A DNA stretch of 64,000 nt from Candidatus Nanopelagicales bacterium (GTDB lineage Bacteria > Actinomycetota > Actinomycetes > S36-B12): the NCBI GenBank assembly GCA_018402235.1, contig JAGYJJ010000002.1, positions 185,251 to 249,250 of the forward strand, written 5' to 3'. The notes beneath the pieces are model-generated. The model did not search any database and was not told the origin of the DNA. It saw only the letters and a list, made by a program, of their open reading frames with translations. A program made the position numbers and the translations under genes. Shown here piece by piece: positions 1 through 7,934 of the stretch; position 1 is the first letter of the stretch, and each line of letters starts with the position of its first letter.

Positions 1-273
1 TTGTTCGCTTCGGTCTCGGCATTCGGTGGTTCGATGAGTATCGCCTTGGTGGCGGTCGTCTATCTGGCCGGAGCAACGATCGGCCAAGCTGCACCGACCC
101 CAGGCGGTCTGGGCGCGGTGGAAGCCGCACTCGTCGCCGGGCTCACCGCCGGCGGACTCGATGCCGGAACCGCGGTGTCCGCTGTTTTGCTCTACCGGCT
201 CATCACGTTCTGGTTGCCCACCGTGCCCGGGTACTGGGCCTTCACCCGACTCACCCGACAAGGACTCCTCTAG
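1..273 (+). CDS. C-terminal fragment of a flippase-like / lysylphosphatidylglycerol-synthase TM-domain (UPF0104-type) membrane protein; 5' end lies outside the window
   Basis: The ORF runs from the window edge. The hydrophobic Gly/Ala-rich sequence with GGLGAVEAALVAGL resembles the C-terminal region of this family. Confidence 0.45.
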   Translation: MFASVSAFGGSMSIALVAVVYLAGATIGQAAPTPGGLGAVEAALVAGLTAGGLDAGTAVSAVLLYRLITFWLPTVPGYWAFTRLTRQGLL

Positions 274-318
274 CCGGGCGAACGCGCGCTTCACTTACCC
301 GCCTGCCATGCTGCGCCT

Positions 319-510
319 ATGAGCGAAGACAAAGTAGTCATCACCCCCCTGACCGACGGTCCCAACCAGGTTGCTGGTGGCGTGGTAGTCAAGGACGCCG
401 ACGGCACTGTGATCAAGGAGGCCGAAACCGTGTACCTGTGCCGTTGCGGCTTCAGCGAGGACAAGCCGTTCTGCGACGGAGCACATAAGAAACATAACTG
501 GAAGTCCTGA
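319..510 (+). CDS. CDGSH iron-sulfur domain-containing protein
   Basis: The 63-aa ORF contains CRCGFSEDKPFCDGAHK, i.e. the C-x-C-x2-(S/T)-x3-P-x-C-D-G-(S/A)-H signature of the zf-CDGSH 2Fe-2S fold. Confidence 0.85.
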   Translation: MSEDKVVITPLTDGPNQVAGGVVVKDADGTVIKEAETVYLCRCGFSEDKPFCDGAHKKHNWKS

Positions 511-533
511 CCTCCGTGGTCTAGATTCCGTTC

Positions 534-725
534 ATGGCCCTTTACACCTGTGCAGCATGCGGAATGTCGGTTAACACCACCTGCGGAGCATGTGACGCCG
601 TTCTGGTCGACGACATCCTGGTGAAAGACGACGGTACGCGCGTCGAAATCTCCGCATGCCCGAATGGACACGGCAAGATTAAGTCGCCCTTGTGCTGCGG
701 CACGGACATGACCTGCAGCGTCTGA
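534..725 (+). CDS. small cysteine-rich hypothetical protein (9 Cys in 63 aa; two CxxC pairs)
   Basis: The ORF lies 24 nt after the CDGSH gene on the same strand. It has CAAC-x7-CGAC, then C...CC...C, a zinc-ribbon-like spacing. No family was recognised. Confidence 0.5.
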   Translation: MALYTCAACGMSVNTTCGACDAVLVDDILVKDDGTRVEISACPNGHGKIKSPLCCGTDMTCSV

Positions 726-736
726 CCGACACCGCT

Positions 737-1093
737 ATGCGCTCCCCACAGCGCACCACAGTCGCCACCGTCGCAGTTGCGGTCGTCGCGGCCTGGTGGT
801 TCTTTCTGGGTTCGGCAACAGTGTCGGCCCAGGTACAGGCAGGGACTTTGTCCCCTTCGGCGCTGGCCGCCCTCGGTGTGCTCACTGCAATCAACTTCGG
901 CGCATTAATCATCAGCGCGCTCGCCGTTCGCCTCGATAGGCCGATCGCGAAGGTTTTCGTGGTGGTGGTTGTTGCGATAAACGTGCCCCTAGCGTTCTGG
1001 AACCTGGTGGGACCGCTGGACATTGCCTACGGGGTAGCAGCGCTGATTGCCCTCGCGTTGGTGCTGTGGTCGTGGCGGCGATATTCCCGCTAG
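737..1093 (+). CDS. hypothetical membrane protein (about 3 TM helices)
   Basis: In-frame ATG at 737 of ORF 692..1093. It has hydrophobic segments and follows the Cys-rich ORF on the same strand. Confidence 0.4.
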   Translation: MRSPQRTTVATVAVAVVAAWWFFLGSATVSAQVQAGTLSPSALAALGVLTAINFGALIISALAVRLDRPIAKVFVVVVVAINVPLAFWNLVGPLDIAYGVAALIALALVLWSWRRYSR

Positions 1094-1647
1094 ACCACTT
1101 CGTGAAGTACGCGCACCGTGGAATCGGAGTGAGCGATCCGGAACGGCTCGAGTTCGTCGTCCCAGGGTGTCCCGATGAGTCGGTCGATCTCTTCGACCAA
1201 CTCAGCTGCCTGATCTGGGCCAGCCGCACGAGCACCGACGAGCAGGCTGCGCAGCCGATCCTCGTGTACAAGCACATCCCCGTGCATACCGATCGTGGCG
1301 CGAAAAAGTCCCAGGTTGGGAGTCACGGCGTACCGCTCCCCTTCGGCGCCTTCGCTGGGATCCTCGGTCACCTCAAAACGGATCGTCGAGAAGGCGACCA
1401 GAGAGCTGGCGATCTTCGAGGAAGTTCCGCGCGGTCCGTGCCAGATGACCTCAGCTCGAACGCAACCGGGAGCAATCGGTTGGGCAGCCCAATCCACATC
1501 GACCGTGGTACCGAAAACCCGGGCCAACGCCCACTCCAGGTGCGGCGCCACGGCCGAGGAACACGAGTGCACGAACAGGACCCCGCGCGCGTGCGCGAGG
1601 CCTTGGTCACGCCCGGCACTTGTCCGAACGTCGACTACGACCGTCAT
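1090..1647 (-). CDS. DUF3145 domain-containing protein (conserved actinobacterial)
   Basis: 185-aa ORF. The overall sequence (VLFVHSCSSAVAPHLEWAL...VIWHGPRGT) is recognised as DUF3145-like from memory. Confidence 0.65.
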   Translation of the reverse strand: MTVVVDVRTSAGRDQGLAHARGVLFVHSCSSAVAPHLEWALARVFGTTVDVDWAAQPIAPGCVRAEVIWHGPRGTSSKIASSLVAFSTIRFEVTEDPSEGAEGERYAVTPNLGLFRATIGMHGDVLVHEDRLRSLLVGARAAGPDQAAELVEEIDRLIGTPWDDELEPFRIAHSDSTVRVLHEVV

Positions 1648-1786
1648 ATCGCCTCCCGAAGTCGAGGGTCGCCTTCCCCTGCGTCCTCACCTCGGGCGTG
1701 CCTGATAAGGATAACCCCGAGACGCCAGCGATATGGTGCGCACCTGCCGTGTGTTGACGCGGCCCGGATTAGGAGGAGTGCCGTCC

Positions 1787-2371
1787 ATGGCCGTCATTAC
1801 CCCTGCCCCCCGAGTACTGGCCGACGTCGTGGCTCGCAGTTGGGTGGCCAATCTCGTCTTGGTCCTTGGCGGCTCGGCCTTCGTAGGCATCAGCGCCCAG
1901 GTGGTGATCCCGCTTCCTTTCACCCCCGTGCCGCTCACCTTGCAGACCTTCGCGGTCCTCCTGGTGGGCGCGGCACTGGGAACCTGGCGGGGTGTTGCCT
2001 CGATGGTCGTCTACGCCGCCGCCGGAACCGCGGGCATGCCCTGGTTCTCCGCCGGCTCTTCAGGCTGGGGCGGAGCGAGTTACGGCTACATCCTGGGATT
2101 CATCATCGCCGCCGGCGTGGTCGGCCGGTTGGCCGAGCGCGGCGCCACCTTGACGCCACTGCGCACCGCCGGGCTGATGGTTGTTGGAAACGTCGTCATC
2201 TACACCATCGGCGTCACCTATTTGAAGTTCGCCATCGATGCCAGTTGGGCGACAGCCCTCGCCCTCGGCGTTGTTCCGTTCCTGGTGGGTGATGCACTCA
2301 AGATCGCGCTTGCAGCTGGATTGCTACCGGGAACCTGGCGCCTGTTGTCGCGTGCCGGAATCAAGCGCTGA
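1787..2371 (+). CDS. bioY: biotin transporter BioY
   Basis: ATG at 1787 is preceded by AGGAGG. The sequence VPLTLQTFAVLLVGAALG...GYILGFIIAA...GDALKI is typical of the BioY S-component. Confidence 0.85.
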   Translation: MAVITPAPRVLADVVARSWVANLVLVLGGSAFVGISAQVVIPLPFTPVPLTLQTFAVLLVGAALGTWRGVASMVVYAAAGTAGMPWFSAGSSGWGGASYGYILGFIIAAGVVGRLAERGATLTPLRTAGLMVVGNVVIYTIGVTYLKFAIDASWATALALGVVPFLVGDALKIALAAGLLPGTWRLLSRAGIKR

Positions 2372-3785
2372 TCGCGCTAGCGAGCGAATCAAGTACTTCG
2401 TCGACGATCTGCGTCGAGGTGGCCGGGTGCAAGAAGGCCAGCCTGCCAATCGGCTCTCCGTACCACGAACTCGATGTAACGAAGGCTGTCTGACGATTCA
2501 GCAATCTTTGTGACCAACGCTCATAGTCGGCCAACGTCCAACCGTGTCGACGAAACAACACGATGCTCAACTCCGGATGACGCACCAGATCAAGGTGCTC
2601 ACTGGCGTCGATGCGTTCTGCCGCGTATTGCGCCAATCGCACACCCGCATCCACTGCGTCTCGATACGCATCTAGACCATTCACCGCCATCGAGAACCAC
2701 AGAGCCATCCCACGAGCACGGCGGGTCAGATGGAAGGCGAGGTCGCTTGGATTCAAATCATCGCCCCCGTGGATCACATCGAGGTAGGACGCATCCTGCG
2801 TGTGTACCTCTCGAGCCAGGTAGGGGTCCTTGTAGATGAGGGCTGCTGAGTCAAAGGGAGCAAACCACCATTTGTGTGGGTCCATAACGAGGGAATCGGC
2901 CTGCTCGATTCCGTTGTACAGCGGGCGCAATCGCGGGACCAACATGCCGGCACCGCCATAGGCACCATCCACGTGCAGCCACAGGTTTCGCTCCTGTGCT
3001 ATCTGTGCCGCGGCACTGATGTCGTCCACGATGCCGGCGTTGGTGGTTCCAGCAGTGGCAACGACGGCCACCAGATTAGAAGCATCGTCTGCGTTATCCA
3101 CTAGAGCCCGCTCGATCGCTTCACGGGTCAGGCGACCGTCCCTTGTGGCGGCGATCAACGGGCGCATGCCGGTGATGCGCAGGGCATTCGCGATCGATGA
3201 GTGGCTTTGGTCGCTCACCAACACGTGGGGAATCTGAGGAGTCAAACCGCGTTGCATAGCGGTGTCGCGTGCCACAACGAGCGCGGACAAGTTACCGGCC
3301 GAACCACCGGACACGAATGTGCCACCAGCAGATTTCGGAAGTAAGGCGGCATCGGCCATCACACGCAACGCTGCGTTCTCCGCCATTACGGCCCCAGCGG
3401 CCTCCAGCCAGGAGCACCCCTGCAATGACGCCGCCGAGACGACCATGTCGAATAACAGCGACGCTTTAGTTGGGGCAGCAGGAATGAATGCGAAGAACCG
3501 AGGGCTATCAGCTGACAGCACCGTGTCGGCGAGATAGTCGACGTAGACATCGAGCACATCTTTCGCATCCCGCGGGCCGTCACCGATGAGTCCAGACATG
3601 GCTTGTTGCATTGCGGCTCGATCACCAAGCCCGTCGACCGGAGCCTCGGCCAGTTCTAAGCGTTCGGTTACGTAACCCAAAATAAGTTCGAGCATCGCGG
3701 GGTCAAGTCGGTGCATGCGCGCCGGATCATGGTTCAACGACGATGCCGAAGGGTGGTGCTCGGGAATGGATGACTGCGCCGACAT
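2361..3785 (-). CDS. pyridoxal-dependent decarboxylase (group II, aromatic-amino-acid/glutamate decarboxylase-like)
   Basis: 474-aa ORF with the PLP-lysine region LVMDPHKWWFAPFDSAAL and GTTNAGIVDD. Confidence 0.85.
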   Translation of the reverse strand: MSAQSSIPEHHPSASSLNHDPARMHRLDPAMLELILGYVTERLELAEAPVDGLGDRAAMQQAMSGLIGDGPRDAKDVLDVYVDYLADTVLSADSPRFFAFIPAAPTKASLLFDMVVSAASLQGCSWLEAAGAVMAENAALRVMADAALLPKSAGGTFVSGGSAGNLSALVVARDTAMQRGLTPQIPHVLVSDQSHSSIANALRITGMRPLIAATRDGRLTREAIERALVDNADDASNLVAVVATAGTTNAGIVDDISAAAQIAQERNLWLHVDGAYGGAGMLVPRLRPLYNGIEQADSLVMDPHKWWFAPFDSAALIYKDPYLAREVHTQDASYLDVIHGGDDLNPSDLAFHLTRRARGMALWFSMAVNGLDAYRDAVDAGVRLAQYAAERIDASEHLDLVRHPELSIVLFRRHGWTLADYERWSQRLLNRQTAFVTSSSWYGEPIGRLAFLHPATSTQIVDEVLDSLASAISA

Positions 3786-3906
3786 GGCTGCGGATCTCCT
3801 TGAGTGACCAGCGCGCCGACAGACTTCCTGCCAGCAGGCGCTTATTCGATGCTATGCCAACTGCTCGTTGCGAGTAACTGCGGGCCTTGGGCAGCGGCTT
3901 GACCCT

Positions 3907-3996
3907 GACATTGGTACCCGAGACATTGGTACCCGAGACATTGGTACCCGAGACATTGGTACCCGAGACATTGGTACCCGAGACATTGGTACCCGA
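3907..3996. repeat. perfect tandem repeat, 6 x 15 bp (GACATTGGTACCCGA), each unit carrying the palindrome GGTACC
   Basis: Read directly from the sequence: six identical contiguous units. The repeat is intergenic, between the decarboxylase start (3785) and the ClC gene. Confidence 0.97.
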
Positions 3997-4062
3997 AAGT
4001 GGTTAGGTGTGCCCGTGACCTCGCCAGACACTTCAACACCCACCCGCCGTCCACTACCCGCC

Positions 4063-5154
4063 ATGCTCGTCGCCGGGCTGATAGGCCTCGCGCTCGGCTA
4101 CGTCGTGCTGGAGATAGTCAACGCGGGTATCGCCTTCATCTGGGAGCAGGTGCCGAGCACGTGGGACACAACCCCGGCCTGGTACGTGATCGGCATTGTG
4201 TTGATCGCTGCCGTTCTGGTCTACGTGATCAGGCGTTACGTCGGAGACACAGGTCACTCCCCGATGGGTGGCATCAAGATCAGTCCCCTAACACCCAAGG
4301 AATACGTTGGCGCGATCCTGGCGATCCTTGCTTCGCTGTGGGGCGGCATCGTTTTGGGGCCGGAGGTTGCGCTAGTTGCGACCGGCTCGGTGGTGGGCGG
4401 TCTTGCCGCCAAGGTCATGGGTGTACGGGATGCCGCGGGCACGAAGAAAGTGGTCGGCTTTGGAGCGCTCGGTGCAATCCTTGCGTTGTTCGTGGGCCCG
4501 ATCCTGTCCGGCAGCATGACGCTTGGCGGCGCACCCACAGCGATTGAGGTAGATCAACTGGCGTGGGCGATCCTTGTGGCACTGATTGCAACGGTGGCGG
4601 TGACGCTAGCCCGCCTGGTGGCATCGCTCATTGCCCGTGCTGCCGGTGAGGGCCCACACCTGATCATCCTGATCGCCTCTGCTGTGGTGGTTGGCGTGGC
4701 CGCACTTCTCATGAGCGCCTGGACCGGCCTGCCCGTCATCTATGTAACGACGTCGGGCGAAGAACTCATCACTGATCTGCCGAAGCTGACCTCTATCTCG
4801 TCTGTGGTCGCGATCATCGCGCTCAAGTCAATCGCGTACGCGGTGTCTCTCGGCTCTGGCTTCCGCGGTGGTCCGTTCTTTCCAGCGATGTTCATCGGCG
4901 CTGCGTCAGGACTACTCGTCGCGCTGCTGCTTCCCGATGGTCCGTCGGTAGCGGCAGCGATCGTGGTTGGTGTGGTGGCATCGGTTATCGCCACGGCGCC
5001 CATGAAGTGGCCCATCGCCATTGGCCTGGGAATTGTCCTTGGTTTTCTCATCGGTACCTGGACACTCGTGCCGGCAGCTCTCGTTGGTGCGATCGTTGCC
5101 CGCGCCATTCCTCGGCTGGGTGATCGGATCACGATCTCCGCGCACGCAGGCTAG
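4063..5154 (+). CDS. ClC-family voltage-gated chloride channel/antiporter-like protein
   Basis: Carries ClC motifs GPEVALVATGS and GFRGGPFFPAMFIGA and about 10 TM helices. The start is uncertain: ATG 4063 is chosen and GTG 4009 is possible. The track ORF from 3868 reads through the tandem repeat and is probably an artefact. Confidence 0.75.
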   Translation: MLVAGLIGLALGYVVLEIVNAGIAFIWEQVPSTWDTTPAWYVIGIVLIAAVLVYVIRRYVGDTGHSPMGGIKISPLTPKEYVGAILAILASLWGGIVLGPEVALVATGSVVGGLAAKVMGVRDAAGTKKVVGFGALGAILALFVGPILSGSMTLGGAPTAIEVDQLAWAILVALIATVAVTLARLVASLIARAAGEGPHLIILIASAVVVGVAALLMSAWTGLPVIYVTTSGEELITDLPKLTSISSVVAIIALKSIAYAVSLGSGFRGGPFFPAMFIGAASGLLVALLLPDGPSVAAAIVVGVVASVIATAPMKWPIAIGLGIVLGFLIGTWTLVPAALVGAIVARAIPRLGDRITISAHAG

Positions 5155-5173
5155 GGCTTACCGCCTTCGCAGG

Positions 5174-6211
5174 CTAACTTTGCAGCAAGCGAATCGTTCT
5201 CGTCGCGACCAACAACCACACTACGACGGTGATCACCGCGCCAATGACGGAGACAGTGATGACCGGTGTCGAGGACACCGCTTGACCCACCGCAGCCATT
5301 GACAAGGACATCGCGGCAAGCGGAAACACGAACCCCCACCAACCCGGGTGGAAGGGAATGCCCTCACGGCGTGCTCGAAGGAGATCGAGGGAGGCGAATA
5401 CCGCCCACCACAATCCAAAGCCGAGTCCGGCGGCCGACACCACGATTCCCAGGGCGATCACTTGCTCTGGTAGAACTCCGGTTTCACCACTCACCTGGAG
5501 CACTCGAAGCAAAGCAAGCCCGAGGATGCCCGCCGGTGCAAGTGGAATCCATAAGGACGGCGCCATAGGTGCTGGGATCGGAGTCCGAAACGCCAAGCGC
5601 GCTACGAGCACCGCGAGCAGCGCCAGGAACAACACGGCGCCCACACCCCAAAAGCCCAGGGCCAGCACGACCAACCACGGAGCCTGATCGGGAAGTGCCT
5701 CGATGATCGGCACCAAACCGAGCGGCACGATCAAGTTCATTACCGGCGGGATCAGCCAGCCGCCGTTTACACCTTCGAGACCAACACCCGAACGTCCGAT
5801 GGACGTCGCCCACCACGCCGACAACACCAGCGCGATCACCGCACCGATCGAGACCAAGATCGCATCGACGATCAGCGCAGCAGTGTCGCCGATCAGTACC
5901 GGACCAACCCGGCCCCAGCCGACAGCGAGCACCAGCAGCCCTGCCGGGAAGGTGGCGAGCATTGCTCCGTGCGCCGGATCGGCGAGCTCAGCTGCTAGGG
6001 CTCCACGGTCGGTGAGCCGGCGCAGATAACGCGGCCACAGCAGCAAGGCGGCAAGGGATGCAGCAGCGAGCACGACGGCCGCCGCCACGTCCAGGAATGG
6101 AATCGACCAGGCGTCGGCCTGCGAGGCGAGGACCAAGGCAACCGCCCCAGTTCCCATAACTACCCCGAACCACGCCGGGTGGTGGTGAACGCCATGCCCT
6201 GCGGATGCCAT
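5174..6211 (-). CDS. TDT-family (TehA/Mae1/Ssu1-type) anion transporter
   Basis: In-frame ATG at 6211 (MASAGHGVHHHPAWFGVVMGTGAVAL). The 10-TM architecture and N-terminal motif are typical of C4-dicarboxylate/tellurite-resistance/sulfite-efflux family proteins. Confidence 0.7.
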   Translation of the reverse strand: MASAGHGVHHHPAWFGVVMGTGAVALVLASQADAWSIPFLDVAAAVVLAAASLAALLLWPRYLRRLTDRGALAAELADPAHGAMLATFPAGLLVLAVGWGRVGPVLIGDTAALIVDAILVSIGAVIALVLSAWWATSIGRSGVGLEGVNGGWLIPPVMNLIVPLGLVPIIEALPDQAPWLVVLALGFWGVGAVLFLALLAVLVARLAFRTPIPAPMAPSLWIPLAPAGILGLALLRVLQVSGETGVLPEQVIALGIVVSAAGLGFGLWWAVFASLDLLRARREGIPFHPGWWGFVFPLAAMSLSMAAVGQAVSSTPVITVSVIGAVITVVVWLLVATRTIRLLQS

Positions 6212-6238
6212 GACCTGCTCCTCCATACTCGACAGCAG

Positions 6239-6254
6239 ATACCCCGTGGGGTAT
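6239..6254. promoter_or_regulatory. 7-2-7 perfect inverted repeat ATACCCC-GT-GGGGTAT, a CsoR/RcnR-family-like operator
   Basis: Seen in the 52-nt divergent intergenic region. It sits 28 nt from the TDT ATG and 10 nt from the ATG at 6264. Confidence 0.5.
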
Positions 6255-6263
6255 GTTACCCCG

Positions 6264-6740
6264 ATGTCGAGCATCGATGCGCTCCGTATGTGGACACCCC
6301 GCCGGTGGGGAATTGCCCTGGTCTCGGGGATCGCCGTTGCGGCCTTAGTGGCGTTGCCCACCGCGGTCATCCCCAACCCGATCTTCGGCCGAGCCATTGA
6401 GACCACCTGGTGGTCCTACCCCGTGGTGATCTTGAGCGGGATCTTCGGCGGGTTACTACTCGCCACCTACATCCGTGAGCCCGGGGAAGAACACCTCGAC
6501 AAGGCCGCCAAGGTCGGCACCGTCGGTGGATTCCTTGCCTTCTTCGCGGTTGGCTGCCCGGTCTGCAACAAACTGGTGCTGCTGGCTTTGGGTGCATCCG
6601 GGGCCATGACCTGGTTCGCGCCCGTGCAGCCGTTCTTGGCGGTCGCATCCGTGGTGGTCATGGCGTGGGCGGTACGCATTCGCCTTCGCGGCATGACCTC
6701 GTGCGAGATGCCGAAGGCTGCCGCAGACTCGACTGTGTAA
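6264..6740 (+). CDS. hypothetical 4-TM membrane protein with an intramembrane CPVC motif
   Basis: ATG at 6264 of ORF 6210..6740. The motif FAVGCPVCNKLVLLALG lies in a predicted TM helix. Confidence 0.55.
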   Translation: MSSIDALRMWTPRRWGIALVSGIAVAALVALPTAVIPNPIFGRAIETTWWSYPVVILSGIFGGLLLATYIREPGEEHLDKAAKVGTVGGFLAFFAVGCPVCNKLVLLALGASGAMTWFAPVQPFLAVASVVVMAWAVRIRLRGMTSCEMPKAAADSTV

Positions 6741-6765
6741 AGGTTCCCTGTGTGAGCGTACGCAC

Positions 6766-7488
6766 ATGAACCATCGGTGGATCGTCGCCAGTAGCGGCGG
6801 CTTCGTAGGCACGGGGCTGTGGGGCGTTATGCGCCCCGGCCGGATTTTCCAGCGAGCGCTTGAACTTTCCGCCAAGGACCGTCCTCGGGTGCTGTTCATC
6901 CTCACAGCTTCCGGCGACGACCCCCAGTACCTCGCTGCGATGTACTCAGCGCTTTCTGAGACCCCGTGCGATGTCGACCACTTAGCTTTGTTCCCCCAAC
7001 CCAACCGCCCCGTCGCTGAAGCGATCGCCGATGCAGATGTGGTCTGGGTGGGTGGTGGATCGGTGGCGAACCTACTTGCGCTGTGGCGCCTTCATGGCGT
7101 AGATACCGCCCTGCGGACCGCGTGGGAATCGGGCACGGTTCTTGGGGGCGTGAGTGCCGGATCCATTTGTTGGCACGTGGGCGGACCCACGGACTCTTTC
7201 GGCAAGCAGTTGCAGCCCGTCACCGATGCTTTGGCGTTTCTTCCGTATGGCAATGGCGTGCACTACGACAGCGAAGAACAACGACGTCCCTTACTGCACG
7301 AACTTGTAAGTACCGGGGTGCTACCCGTGTCCTATGCCACCGACGATCGCGTAGCCATCGTCTACCGCGGAACCGAACCGGTGGAAGTGATCAGCGATGT
7401 ACCTGATTCACCAGCGGCTGCCTACCGGGTGAGCTTCGAAGCAAGCACCGTGGTGGAAGAGCGGCTCGCCCCGGGGCCGATCACGTAA
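6766..7488 (+). CDS. peptidase E / S51-family dipeptidase (type 1 glutamine amidotransferase-like fold)
   Basis: Contains VWVGGGSVANLL and the nucleophile region GGVSAGSICW. Confidence 0.8.
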   Translation: MNHRWIVASSGGFVGTGLWGVMRPGRIFQRALELSAKDRPRVLFILTASGDDPQYLAAMYSALSETPCDVDHLALFPQPNRPVAEAIADADVVWVGGGSVANLLALWRLHGVDTALRTAWESGTVLGGVSAGSICWHVGGPTDSFGKQLQPVTDALAFLPYGNGVHYDSEEQRRPLLHELVSTGVLPVSYATDDRVAIVYRGTEPVEVISDVPDSPAAAYRVSFEASTVVEERLAPGPIT

Positions 7489-7503
7489 CCCGCTAGCCCC
7501 CAG

Positions 7504-7553
7504 ACCTGCACTTTGCGTCAAAATTCGGCCGGAATTTAACGCAAAGTGCAGGT
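7504..7553. terminator. long hairpin between convergent genes (15-bp perfect outer stem ACCTGCACTTTGCGT / ACGCAAAGTGCAGGT)
   Basis: Read directly from the sequence. The inner part, AAAATTCGGCC-GGAATTT, is also nearly self-complementary. There is no clear U-tract. Confidence 0.55.
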
Positions 7554-7582
7554 TTCGGTGCAGTTAGCGGCGCGGCGTGAAT

Positions 7583-7933
7583 TCATACGCGGCAGCGCCG
7601 GAGATCACTGCGGCGATGAACGTCGGCCGGCCATGGAGTTGTGATCAACGCCAGTGGATGCGACAGCGCGAATGCCAGGCCATAGACAATTCCCGCACCC
7701 AGGATCCGCCAGGGACCTGCAGTTCGGCCCATCACGGGAATAGTCGCAAGACCGAAACCAACGACAATGACGCCGCCAATCACCATCGACGCCCCGGCGA
7801 AAACCACACCAAAGCCCAGGATCAAGCCGAGCGCGGGGAGCACCCCGGCAAGCCACCGTCTGCGGTTCCGCGGATCGCTGTTCTCACCGAGCGCCTCGCG
7901 CATACTGCCGCGGAAGTCGAAACGATGGGCCAT
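7583..7933 (-). CDS. hypothetical membrane protein
   Basis: ATG at 7933 lies 1 nt after the stop of the upstream dehydrogenase. It has two or three hydrophobic helices. No family was recognised. Confidence 0.4.
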   Translation of the reverse strand: MAHRFDFRGSMREALGENSDPRNRRRWLAGVLPALGLILGFGVVFAGASMVIGGVIVVGFGLATIPVMGRTAGPWRILGAGIVYGLAFALSHPLALITTPWPADVHRRSDLRRCRV

Positions 7934-7934
7934 G

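Noticed and set aside
1066-2292. 408-aa plus-strand ORF
   Set aside because: It runs antisense through DUF3145 and out of frame through bioY. The Arg/Pro/Gly-rich sequence has no motifs.
3907-3996. Tandem arrays (also 12115-12179) considered as CRISPR arrays
   Set aside because: The units are contiguous with no spacers, are only 13-15 bp long, and no cas genes are present.
3786-4062. Fluoride (crcB-motif) riboswitch upstream of the ClC gene
   Set aside because: I could not find the conserved crcB-motif core or its pseudoknot pairing by eye. The region is dominated by the tandem repeat. A covariance-model scan would be needed to be certain.
3842-4064. Minus-strand ORFs encoding (YQCLG)n or (RVPMS)n, and the (DIGTR)n N-terminal extension of the ClC ORF
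   Set aside because: These are translations of the 15-bp tandem DNA repeat in arbitrary frames. The ClC family domain begins only after the ATG at 4063.
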